Positions 54,919 to 64,000 of a stretch of 64,000 nucleotides of DNA are shown here, piece by piece. How positions within the stretch are numbered: the stretch's first letter is position 1; every line of letters begins with the position of its first letter. The DNA comes from Escherichia coli (GTDB taxonomy: Bacteria; Pseudomonadota; Gammaproteobacteria; Enterobacterales; Enterobacteriaceae), in assembly GCF_048403405.1 (NCBI RefSeq), contig NZ_CP183129.1, one strand, 5' to 3'. The position numbers and the translations under genes are program-made. A model generated the notes under the pieces. The model had not been told where the DNA came from. It made no database searches and saw only the letters and a program-made list of their open reading frames with translations.

Positions 54919-57378
54919 ATGGACACCGTGAATATTTATCGACTCTCTTTTATATCCTGTCTGGTCATGGCGATGCCTTGCGCATTGGCGGTCGAATTCA
55001 ATCTGAATGTTCTCGATAAATCAATGCGCGACCGCATTGATATTTCATTATTAAAGGAAAAAGGAGTCATTGCTCCCGGTGAATATTTTGTTAGCGTTGC
55101 GGTGAATAACAACCAAATCAGTAATGGGCAAAAAATCAACTGGCAAAAAAAGGGGGACAAAACCATTCCATGCATCAATGATTCACTGGTCGATAAATTT
55201 GGTTTAAAACCAGATATCCGTCAGTCCTTGCCACAGATAGATCGGTGTATTGATTTCAGTTCCCGACCTGAAATGCTCTTCAATTTCGATCAAGCCAATC
55301 AGCAACTGAATATCACTATTCCACAAGCCTGGCTGGCGTGGCACTCAGATAACTGGACTCCCCCCTCAACATGGAAAGAAGGTGTCGCCGGCGTCCTGAT
55401 GGACTACAACCTGTTTGCTAGCAGCTACCGCCCACAGGATGGTAGCAACAGCACTAACCTGAACGCCTATGGAACAGCCGGAATTAACGCGGGAGCATGG
55501 CGTTTACGCAGTGATTACCAATTGAATCAGACCGATAGCGATGATAACCATGAACAGTCAGGCGAAATATCACGCACCTATCTTTTTCGTCCATTACCGC
55601 AATTAGGTTCAAAATTAACCCTTGGTGAAACGGATTTCAGTTCCAATATTTTCGACGGCTTTTCTTATACCGGCGCGGCACTGGCAAGTGACGATCGGAT
55701 GTTACCGTGGGAGCTACGCGGCTACGCCCCACAAATCAGCGGCATTGCACAAACCAACGCCACCGTCACCGTGAGTCACTCAGGGCGAGTTATTTACCAG
55801 AAAAAAGTCCCACCAGGTCCGTTTATCATTGATGACCTTAATCAGTCCGTCCAGGGTACGTTGGATGTCAAAGTGACGGAAGAAGATGGTCGGGTGAACA
55901 ATTTCCAGGTTTCGGCAGCATCGACTCCCTTCCTGACTCGCCAGGGACAGGTTCGCTATAAATTGGCCGCGGGTCAGCCACGGCCCTCCATGTCACATCA
56001 AACTGAAAATGAAACCTTTTTTAGCAATGAAGTTTCCTGGGGGATGCTGTCAAATACCTCGCTGTACGGCGGCCTGCTGATTTCGGGTGACGACTACCAT
56101 TCTGCCGCAATGGGTATCGGGCAAAATATGCTCTGGCTTGGTGCATTGTCGTTTGATGTCACCTGGGCCAGTAGTCAGTTTGATACTCAGCAGGACGAGC
56201 GGGGCTTAAGTTACCGCTTTAATTACAGCAAACAAGTGGATGCCACTAACAGCACGATTTCGCTCGCCGCTTATCGCTTCTCAGATCGTCATTTTCACAG
56301 CTACGCCAACTATCTGGATCACAAATACAACGACAACGATGCGCAGGACGAAAAACAGACGATCAGCTTATCCGTGGGGCAACCGATTACCCCACTGAAC
56401 TTCAATCTGTACGCCAACCTGCTGCATCAAACCTGGTGGAATGCAGACGCCTCCACGACCGCCAACATCACGGCGGGTTTTAATGTTGATATTGGTAACT
56501 GGAGAGATATCTCGATCTCGACGTCATTCAATACAACCCATTACGAAGATAAAGATCGCGACAATCAGATTTACCTGTCGATTTCGCTCCCCTTCGGTAA
56601 CGGGGGGCGGGTCGGTTATGACATGCAAAACAGTAATCACAGCACCACGCACCGCATGTCGTGGAATGATACGTTAGATGAACGTAATAGCTGGGGCATG
56701 TCTACCGGACTGCAATCCGACCGTCCGGATAATGGAGCCCAGGTGAGCGGTAACTATCAGCACCTGAGTTCAGCGGGTGAGTGGGATATTTCTGGTACCT
56801 ATGCCGCCAATGATTACAGTTCCGTCAGCAGCAGCTGGAGCGGTTCTTTCACGGCAACTCAATATGGTGCAGCGTTCCATCGTCGCAGCTCCACCAATGA
56901 ACCACGTCTGATGGTCAGTACCGATGGCGTGGCAGATATTCCGGTTCAGGGCAATCTCGACTACACCAACCATTTTGGCATTGCGGTGGTGCCGTTGATT
57001 TCCAGTTATCAGCCTTCCACCGTGTCGGTGAACATGAATGATTTACCCGACGGCGTAACAGTGGCAGATAACGTTATCAAAGAAACGTGGATTGAAGGCG
57101 CGATAGGTTACAAATCGCTGGCTTCCCGTTCCGGTAAAGACGTTAACGTCATCATTCGCAACGCCAGCGGTCAGTTCCCTCCCCTCGGTGCGGATATCCG
57201 CCAGGATGATAGCGGCATTAGCGTGGGGATGGTTGGCGAGGAAGGACATGCCTGGTTAAGTGGAGTCGCTGAAAATCAACAATTTACCGTGGTCTGGGGT
57301 GATAGCCAGCGTTGCTCGATCCATCTTCCTGAACATATGGAAGACACCGCAAATCGCCTGATTTTACCTTGTCATTAA
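54919..57378 (+). CDS. ybgQ: Fimbrial outer-membrane usher, YbgQ
   Basis: About 819-aa ORF with typical usher N-terminus; start ambiguous (ATG 54919 or GTG 54928; the ORF opens at 54877). Confidence 0.85.
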   Translation: MDTVNIYRLSFISCLVMAMPCALAVEFNLNVLDKSMRDRIDISLLKEKGVIAPGEYFVSVAVNNNQISNGQKINWQKKGDKTIPCINDSLVDKFGLKPDIRQSLPQIDRCIDFSSRPEMLFNFDQANQQLNITIPQAWLAWHSDNWTPPSTWKEGVAGVLMDYNLFASSYRPQDGSNSTNLNAYGTAGINAGAWRLRSDYQLNQTDSDDNHEQSGEISRTYLFRPLPQLGSKLTLGETDFSSNIFDGFSYTGAALASDDRMLPWELRGYAPQISGIAQTNATVTVSHSGRVIYQKKVPPGPFIIDDLNQSVQGTLDVKVTEEDGRVNNFQVSAASTPFLTRQGQVRYKLAAGQPRPSMSHQTENETFFSNEVSWGMLSNTSLYGGLLISGDDYHSAAMGIGQNMLWLGALSFDVTWASSQFDTQQDERGLSYRFNYSKQVDATNSTISLAAYRFSDRHFHSYANYLDHKYNDNDAQDEKQTISLSVGQPITPLNFNLYANLLHQTWWNADASTTANITAGFNVDIGNWRDISISTSFNTTHYEDKDRDNQIYLSISLPFGNGGRVGYDMQNSNHSTTHRMSWNDTLDERNSWGMSTGLQSDRPDNGAQVSGNYQHLSSAGEWDISGTYAANDYSSVSSSWSGSFTATQYGAAFHRRSSTNEPRLMVSTDGVADIPVQGNLDYTNHFGIAVVPLISSYQPSTVSVNMNDLPDGVTVADNVIKETWIEGAIGYKSLASRSGKDVNVIIRNASGQFPPLGADIRQDDSGISVGMVGEEGHAWLSGVAENQQFTVVWGDSQRCSIHLPEHMEDTANRLILPCH

Positions 57379-57393
57379 TTAAGGAAATGAAAA

Positions 57394-58125
57394 ATGACAT
57401 TTATGAAAGGACTTCCCCTTTTGTTGTTGATTGCCAGTCTGTGCAGCTACGCTGCGCTACAACCCGATCGCACTCGCATTGTGTTTAACGCTAATGATAA
57501 AGCCACCAGCCTACGAGTGGATAATCGTAGCGATAAACTCCCCTACCTCGCTTATTCCTGGCTCGAAAATGAAAAAGGGGAGAAAAGCGACGATCTTCTG
57601 GTCGCCCTGCCACCGATACAACGTCTGGAACCGAAAGCAACAACGCAGGTGCGGATAGTCAAGCAAGCCTCGACCGCGAAATTACCGGGCGATCGCGAAA
57701 CGCTATTTTTCTACAATATGCGTGAAATTCCTCCCTCCCCAGAAAAAAACAGCGGCCATGCCGTTCTGCAGGTCGCCATCCAGAGTCGTATCAAGGTGTT
57801 CTGGAGACCGTCCGCGTTACGCAAGAAAGCAGGAGAAAAAGTCGAGCTACAGTTACAAGTCAGCCAGCAGGGCAATCAACTTAACTTAAAAAACCCGACC
57901 GGCTATTACCTGACAATCGCCTACTTGGGACGAAATGAGCAAGCTGTTCTCCCGGGCTTCAAAACCGTGATGGTTGCGCCTTTTAGTACAGTAATTACAA
58001 ACACCGGAAGTTATAGCGGCAGTCAGTTTTATCTCGGTTATATGGATGATTACGGCGCGTTACGCATGACGACGCTCAATTGCAACGGACATTGCCGTTT
58101 ACAAGCAGTGGAGGCGAAGAAATGA
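57394..58125 (+). CDS. ybgP: Fimbrial periplasmic chaperone (PapD-like), YbgP
   Basis: 243 aa with signal peptide; recognised as a PapD/FimC-family chaperone. Confidence 0.9.
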   Translation: MTFMKGLPLLLLIASLCSYAALQPDRTRIVFNANDKATSLRVDNRSDKLPYLAYSWLENEKGEKSDDLLVALPPIQRLEPKATTQVRIVKQASTAKLPGDRETLFFYNMREIPPSPEKNSGHAVLQVAIQSRIKVFWRPSALRKKAGEKVELQLQVSQQGNQLNLKNPTGYYLTIAYLGRNEQAVLPGFKTVMVAPFSTVITNTGSYSGSQFYLGYMDDYGALRMTTLNCNGHCRLQAVEAKK

Positions 58126-59183
58126 GTACTGGCAAAGGATTGTTGCTCGTCATCTGTCTGTTATTTCTGCCATTGAAGTCTGCGCTAGCGCTGAACTGCT
58201 ATTTTGGTACTTCCGGCGGAACGGTAGAAAAATCGGAAGCGATTCAACCCTTTGCTGTGCCAGGTAATGCCAAACCCGGCGATAAGATCTGGGAATCTGA
58301 CGATATTAAAATTCCCGTCTATTGTGACAACAATACCAACGGCAACTTTGAAAGCGAACATGTCTACGCATGGGTAAACCCCTACCCGGGGGTACAGGAT
58401 CGTTATTATCAACTCGGCGTGACATACAATGGTGTCGATTACGATGCCAGTCTGGGGAAAAGCCGCATCGACACCAACCAGTGTATCGACAGTAAGAACA
58501 TTAACATTTATACCCCTGAGCAGATTATCGCGATGGGCTGGCAGAACAAAATATGCTCGGGTGACCCCGCTAATATTCACATGTCGCGAACCTTTCTTGC
58601 TCGTATGCGGTTATACGTTAAGATTCGCGAAATACCGCCGCATGATTATCAAAGTACGCTTAGCGACTACATCGTCGTGCAATTTGATGGTGCCGGTAGC
58701 GTTAACGAAGACCCTACCGCCCAAAACCTGAAATACCATATTACTGGTCTGGAAAACATTCGTGTACTGGATTGCAGCGTCAATTTTTCTATTTCACCAG
58801 AAACACAGGTGATTGATTTTGGTAAATTTAACCTGCTGGATATTCGCCGCCACACAATGTCGAAAACATTCAGTATTAAGACGACAAAATCACAAAATGA
58901 CCAGTGCACCGACGGATTTAAGGTCAGCTCTTCGTTTTATACCGAAGAAACATTGATTGAAGAGGATAAAGCACTGCTGATTGGTAATGGACTGAAGCTA
59001 CGTTTGCTGGATGAAAATTCTTCACCCTATACTTTCAACAAATACAGCGAATATGCTGATTTCACCAGCGATATGCTGATCTACGAAAAAACCTATACGG
59101 CTGAACTTTCGTCCATTCCCGGCACCCCCATCGAAGCGGGTCCCTTCGATACAGTGGTGCTTTTTAAGATTAACTATAACTAA
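58122..59183 (+). CDS. ybgO: Fimbrial minor subunit / putative tip adhesin, YbgO
   Basis: Start set at [23 protein letters not shown] (353 aa); ATG overlaps the chaperone stop. Confidence 0.85.
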   Translation: MSTGKGLLLVICLLFLPLKSALALNCYFGTSGGTVEKSEAIQPFAVPGNAKPGDKIWESDDIKIPVYCDNNTNGNFESEHVYAWVNPYPGVQDRYYQLGVTYNGVDYDASLGKSRIDTNQCIDSKNINIYTPEQIIAMGWQNKICSGDPANIHMSRTFLARMRLYVKIREIPPHDYQSTLSDYIVVQFDGAGSVNEDPTAQNLKYHITGLENIRVLDCSVNFSISPETQVIDFGKFNLLDIRRHTMSKTFSIKTTKSQNDQCTDGFKVSSSFYTEETLIEEDKALLIGNGLKLRLLDENSSPYTFNKYSEYADFTSDMLIYEKTYTAELSSIPGTPIEAGPFDTVVLFKINYN

Positions 59184-59335
59184 TTTATCATGATGCCCTT
59201 TGCAGTCAGTAAAGGGCATCTCTTTCAGAAAATTGCTGATTTTCCCCTTTTCCTTGATTGCTGTTATTTTTTCCTGGCCCGGCTTTCTTTATGCTGTATC
59301 GATACACCAAAGAGAAAATAATGAGGGAGCGAAGG

Positions 59336-60382
59336 ATGCCAGTTTTGCAGTGGGGAATGTTATGTGTGCTCTCACTTCTCCTTTCTATTGGTTTCCTCGC
59401 GGTTCATCTCCCGGCGGCGCTATTACTTGGGCCGATGATCGCCGGGATCATCTTTAGTATGCGCGGAATTACTCTGCAACTTCCCCGCTCCGCTTTTCTC
59501 GCCGCCCAGGCCATTCTTGGCTGCATGATTGCGCAAAACCTCACTGGTTCGATTCTCACCACGCTGGCCGTCAACTGGCCGATCGTGCTTACAATTTTAC
59601 TGGTGACGCTGCTTTCCAGCGCCATTGTTGGGTGGCTACTGGTGCGCTATAGCTCATTACCAGGAAATACTGGTGCCTGGGGTTCTTCTCCTGGCGGCGC
59701 GGCGGCAATGGTCGCTATGGCGCAAGATTACGGCGCAGATATTCGCCTGGTGGCGTTTATGCAATATCTGCGAGTGCTGTTCGTCGCAGGGGCCGCTGTT
59801 CTGGTCACCCGCATGATGCTGGGCGATAACGCTGAAGCGGTTAACCAGCAGATCGTCTGGTTTCCGCCAGTGAGCATTAATCTCCTGCTTACGATTTTGC
59901 TCGCGGTCGTTGCCGGTACAGTGGGATGCCTGCTGCGTCTTCCTTCCGGCACGATGCTCATCCCGATGCTGGCGGGCGCAGTGCTCCAGTCTGGTCAGCT
60001 CATCACCATCGAACTACCGGAATGGCTGCTGGCGATGGCGTATATGGCAATTGGTTGGCGGATTGGTCTTGGTTTCGATAAACAAATATTACTGCGGGCA
60101 TTGCGCCCACTGCCACAAATCCTGCTGTCGATTTTTGCTCTGCTGGCTATTTGTGCGGGTATGGCGTGGGGACTGACCCGATTTATGCACATTGATTTTA
60201 TGACTGCCTACCTCGCCACCAGCCCCGGCGGGCTTGATACCGTGGCGGTCATCGCCGCAGGGAGCAATGCCGATATGGCGCTCATTATGGCGATGCAAAC
60301 CCTGCGCCTGTTCAGTATTTTGCTGACGGGACCTGCCATTGCGCGGTTTATTTCAACCTATGCGCCGAAACGTACGGCCTAG
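59336..60382 (+). CDS. abrB: AbrB-family membrane protein (putative regulator/transporter)
   Basis: Start set at [16 protein letters not shown] (348 aa) rather than the ORF's first ATG; polytopic membrane protein with internal duplication. Confidence 0.85.
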   Translation: MPVLQWGMLCVLSLLLSIGFLAVHLPAALLLGPMIAGIIFSMRGITLQLPRSAFLAAQAILGCMIAQNLTGSILTTLAVNWPIVLTILLVTLLSSAIVGWLLVRYSSLPGNTGAWGSSPGGAAAMVAMAQDYGADIRLVAFMQYLRVLFVAGAAVLVTRMMLGDNAEAVNQQIVWFPPVSINLLLTILLAVVAGTVGCLLRLPSGTMLIPMLAGAVLQSGQLITIELPEWLLAMAYMAIGWRIGLGFDKQILLRALRPLPQILLSIFALLAICAGMAWGLTRFMHIDFMTAYLATSPGGLDTVAVIAAGSNADMALIMAMQTLRLFSILLTGPAIARFISTYAPKRTA

Positions 60383-61170
60383 TGCTGACAGCCAGGGCAC
60401 CAGTAAAACGGGCGAGATGACAGCGTGGTTTTCTCAATGATGCTGCCACAGCGTTCACACGGTTCGCCATCACGATGAAAAACCTTAAAGCGAAACAACG
60501 CCCCATGATGTTTATTCTCATCCACCTGCCCCCGCGTAGCGTAAGAAAGTCGAGGAATATCCAGTAACGCGTCTGCGAGTGCATCCAGTTGCGCCGCACT
60601 GAGATCTTTCGCTTTACGATTGCCGGTTAACCCCACCTGCCAGAGGATCTCCACCCGCAAATAATTGCCAAGTCCTGCCAGAAACGCCTGATCGAGCAGT
60701 AATCCAGCAAACTGACGGTTACGAAAGCGCGGCGACAATAATCGTTCCTTTACCACCTCTGGCGTCAGATTCGGATCCAGCACATCTGGACCAACGCGTT
60801 GTAAAAACGGATGCGTGGTCAGTTGTTCCGGGGTCAACATCTCAATATCCGAGGCGCTATAAAGCAGAATGGTTTTGTCAGCCGTTTGCAGTTTTACCCG
60901 CAATACTCGCGTGGTCTGCGGCTCTTCGCCGGTTTCAACCACGCGCCAGACGCCGTAAAGCTGATTATGGCTGTAGAGCGTTAAGTCGTTGGAAAAATGA
61001 GTTAACAACGCCTTACCACGCGTTTCCACATGGGTAACGTGTTGACCGATAAGTCGTGATTGATAAGATTTTAACTGCGGGAAGGCAAACCAGACATCAG
61101 TTAGTGGTTTGCCTTTGATCGCCGCCTCCAGGTTATCCGCTGCACGGCGGATCTCCGGGCCTTCAGGCAT
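60379..61170 (-). CDS. nei: Endonuclease VIII (DNA glycosylase / AP lyase)
   Basis: 263 aa; N-terminal MPEGPEIRR (catalytic Pro2/Glu3) and C-terminal zinc finger CxxC...CxxC. Confidence 0.96.
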   Translation of the reverse strand: MPEGPEIRRAADNLEAAIKGKPLTDVWFAFPQLKSYQSRLIGQHVTHVETRGKALLTHFSNDLTLYSHNQLYGVWRVVETGEEPQTTRVLRVKLQTADKTILLYSASDIEMLTPEQLTTHPFLQRVGPDVLDPNLTPEVVKERLLSPRFRNRQFAGLLLDQAFLAGLGNYLRVEILWQVGLTGNRKAKDLSAAQLDALADALLDIPRLSYATRGQVDENKHHGALFRFKVFHRDGEPCERCGSIIEKTTLSSRPFYWCPGCQH

Positions 61171-61205
61171 GGTGATATCCTTTTTTCATTCTTTATTAAG
61201 CGGGG

Positions 61206-61940
61206 TTATGCTGCGACAACAATCCCCTTTTCGGCAAATGTAGAGCGTAGTCGGCGGGCGAACGCCAGTGCGTGCTCGCCATCGCCATGCAGGCAGACCG
61301 TTTGCGCCGTGACCGTTGCCCATTCGCCGGTGATGCTTTTGACTCTGCCGTGTTGCACCATCTCCAACGTTTGCTCCAGCGCCTGTTCTTCGTTTTCAAT
61401 CAACGCGCCTGGCTGGCTTCGCGGCACCAGCGAACCGTCTGCCTGATAACCGCGATCGGCAAACACTTCCTCGCGCGTTGTCAGGCCATATTGCTTGCCT
61501 GCACGAATCAGCTCGCTTCCTGCCAGCCCGACGAGAATCAATGCCGGATCGCAAGCGTATACCGCTCTGGCGATGGCGTCTGCCAGTTGTGCCTCTTTCG
61601 CCGCCTGGTTGTATAACATGCCGTGCGGTTTGACATGACACATTACGCCGCCTTGCGCACGGGTAATCGCTGCCAGCGCGCCAATTTGATACAGCGTCTG
61701 GGCGTAAACGGTTTCTGGCGGCAGCTGCATGGCGCTGCGACCAAAATTTTCCCTGTCGGGAAAACTCGGATGAGCGCCAATCGCAACACCATTTTTTATT
61801 GCTTCACGCACGCAAGCCTGCATGGTTTGCGCATCGCCTGCATGAAATCCACAGGCAATATTGGCAGAGGAAACCAGCGTTAATAGCTCTGCATCGCTGG
61901 CATAGCCTTCGCCCAGATCGGCGTTCAGGTCAATTTTCAT
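61206..61940 (-). CDS. pxpA: 5-Oxoprolinase subunit A (LamB/YcsF family), YbgL
   Basis: 244 aa, [12 protein letters not shown]...; recognised as YbgL/PxpA. Confidence 0.93.
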   Translation of the reverse strand: MKIDLNADLGEGYASDAELLTLVSSANIACGFHAGDAQTMQACVREAIKNGVAIGAHPSFPDRENFGRSAMQLPPETVYAQTLYQIGALAAITRAQGGVMCHVKPHGMLYNQAAKEAQLADAIARAVYACDPALILVGLAGSELIRAGKQYGLTTREEVFADRGYQADGSLVPRSQPGALIENEEQALEQTLEMVQHGRVKSITGEWATVTAQTVCLHGDGEHALAFARRLRSTFAEKGIVVAA

Positions 61941-62862
61941 TGTGCAGCCGCCACGCTAATTGTTCGAAATAACGTTGCTGATCTTGCCGTGCTTTCAGTG
62001 CTTCTTCCAGTGAACACTGGACAAAATGAATCGGCTGACCGAGCGGAATTTGCGCCAGATGGTACATATCAGCCTCGATGATACAGGCAATACGCGGATA
62101 ACCACCGGTGGTCTGTGCGTCGTTCAGCAACACAATCGGCTGCCCGTTATGCGGCACCTGCACCACGCCCGGTAACAAACCGTGAGATAACAGTTCGCGA
62201 TCGGTGGTACGTTTTAAAATTTGCCCCTGTAAGCGATAGCCCATTCGGTTACTTTGCGAGCTAAGCTGCCAGGGCGAACGCCAGAATGCATCCTGCGAGG
62301 CGCGATCGAACTCATGATATTCCGGCCCCGGCAAGGCGCGAATGCGGTTGCCCCACAGCAGCTGTTTAACGCCCTGCGCTTCCATAAAATCACGCTTCGC
62401 TTTGCCCATCGGGAGTCGGTCACCATCCTTCAGTAAACGGCCTTCCAGCCCGCCAATCCCTACTTTGAGATCGGTGCTGCATGACCCCATTACCGGCGGA
62501 ACATCAATACCACCCGCGACCGCCAGATAACTGCGCATCCCGTGCTGCGGGCGTTTAAGCGTTAAACGCTGGCCTGCTTTCATCGGCAATCGCCAGCCAG
62601 TCCAGACGGCATTATCATCCAGCCGCGCTTCGCAACCTGCCCCCGTCAGGGCAAACCAACCATCAGTTTCGAACTCTACCGTTAACTGACCGAGCGTGAT
62701 CTCCAGCGCGGGGGCATTGGCGTCATTACCCACCAGCAGGTTAGCAATGCGTAACGCAGGCATATCCAGTGCGCCGCAGTGGCTGATACCCGACTGGCGA
62801 AAACCGTGACGACCGCCATCCTGCACAGTGGTATACATGCCCGCACGAATAATCTTCAGCAT
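61930..62862 (-). CDS. pxpC: 5-Oxoprolinase subunit C, YbgK
   Basis: 310 aa; overlaps both neighbours (operon pxpB-pxpC-pxpA). Confidence 0.92.
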
Positions 62863-63512
62863 ACTCCCTCCTTCTGCGGTACAAAGCGCACGCTGTCTCC
62901 CGGACGTAATAAGATGGGTTCGTCACGCGCCGGATCAAACAGGCTGAGTGAGGTATGACCAATCAACTGCCAGCCACCCGGCGTTGCCAGCGGATAAACA
63001 CCAGTCTGCGGCCCGCCGATCCCGACAGAACCTGCCGGAACGAGCAAGCGCGGTTCAGCGCGCCGTGGCGTATGTAGTTGTTCCGGCAAACTCCCGAGAT
63101 ACGGGAAGCCCGGTTGAAAACCTAAAAACCAGACCACGTATTCCACGGAGGAGTGCAATTCAACAACCTGTTTCTCACTCAACCCACAATGCGCCGCGAC
63201 CACCGCCAAATCCGGTCCGCCTGCGCCACCGTAAACCACCGGAATTTCAATAAAACGAGACTCCGGCTCCAGCGCCTCACTCTCCTCCCACCAGCGTTGC
63301 AAACGCTCAATGGCATCCAGCGCCAGCGACTCAGGATTACGTAAAATCACCGTGATATTGTTCATGCCGGGAATGGCTTCAACCACATTCGGCATATCCA
63401 CCAGACGCTGTGCCAGTCGCCAGATCCGTTTCTGGCTAGCCAGCGTCACCGGCGGTTCCAGCTCCAGCACTACCGCCGTTTCACCTATCAGATAACAACG
63501 CGCTCGTTGCAC
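62856..63512 (-). CDS. pxpB: 5-Oxoprolinase subunit B, YbgJ
   Basis: 218 aa; recognised as YbgJ/PxpB. Confidence 0.92.
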
Positions 63513-63534
63513 TTTCGATCCCTCTGATTATTCG

Positions 63535-64000
63535 TTATGCAGGATTAGGAATATCAATAAAGGTCACATCAAGATCGGTATTTTCATTCAGCCACTCGCT
63601 CAATGCGCGAATACCACCGCGTTCAGTGGCATGGTGACCCGCAGCATAAAAATGCAATCCCTGCTCGCGGGCTGAATGAATGGTCTGTTCAGAAACTTCG
63701 CCAGTAATAAAAGCATCCACGCCAAAACGCGCGGCGCTATCGATAAAACTCTGCCCGCCGCCCGTGCACCAGGCGACGCGCTGAACCACCTCAGGTCCGG
63801 TATCGCCACACCATAACGGCTTACGTCCCAGACGCGCTTCAATCCAGGAAGCCAGCTCCAGTCCCGGCACAGGCATGGTCAGCTCGCCCCACGGCACCAA
63901 CGGCTCAATTTCGCCCATGACCGTGATCCCCAGTAACGCCGCCAGCTGTGCGTTATTGCCCAACTCAGGATGTGCGTCAAGCGGCAAATGCCAGCCATAC
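63535..64000 (-). CDS. ybgI: Nif3-family metal-binding protein YbgI, C-terminal part (N-terminus beyond window end)
   Basis: Minus-strand ORF running off the 3' edge of the window; C-terminal sequence recognised as YbgI. Confidence 0.85.
   Translation of the reverse strand, partial: YGWHLPLDAHPELGNNAQLAALLGITVMGEIEPLVPWGELTMPVPGLELASWIEARLGRKPLWCGDTGPEVVQRVAWCTGGGQSFIDSAARFGVDAFITGEVSEQTIHSAREQGLHFYAAGHHATERGGIRALSEWLNENTDLDVTFIDIPNPA

Overview
This window reads as an Escherichia coli chromosomal segment, reverse-complemented relative to K-12 numbering, running ybhD' - pgl - ybhA - modCBA - acrZ - modEF - galETKM - gpmA - aroG - ybgS - zitB - pnuC - nadA - Lys/Val tRNA array - cpoB-pal-tolBARQ-ybgC - ybgE - cydX - cydBA - [accessory island] - sucDCBA - sdhBADC - gltA - ybgD/Q/P/O fimbrial operon - abrB - nei - pxpACB - ybgI'. 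All calls rest on my recognition of the translated ORFs and of textbook operator sequences; no database search or computation was run. The one clearly non-K-12 segment lies between the cydA regulatory region and the sucD 3' end (about 28.1-42.1 kb), where K-12 carries mngR-mngA-mngB. Here that slot holds a coenzyme-B12-dependent glutamate mutase operon (S, L and E components) followed by methylaspartate ammonia-lyase, a translationally coupled pair of uncharacterised proteins (DUF1446/AtuA-like plus a small partner), a DAACS-type symporter, a class I fumarase-type hydratase (FumD-like mesaconase), a cob(I)alamin adenosyltransferase paralogue and a convergent LysR-type regulator. I believe this methylaspartate cluster is already known from E. 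coli O157:H7-type genomes, so it is not itself new. The parts I cannot explain are (a) the uncharacterised pair fused into the operon where a citramalate lyase would be expected, and (b) two orphan ORFs in a visibly AT-rich block at the cydA-proximal edge (28538-29985), which I flag as the best candidates for undescribed biology. Other observations: a 5-gene Lys-Val-Lys-Val-Lys tRNA array with a 17-nt tRNA-Lys remnant, an SdhX-like 3'UTR sRNA at the island junction, tandem REP/BIME units, and intact gal, mod, aroG, nadA and cyd operator sites.
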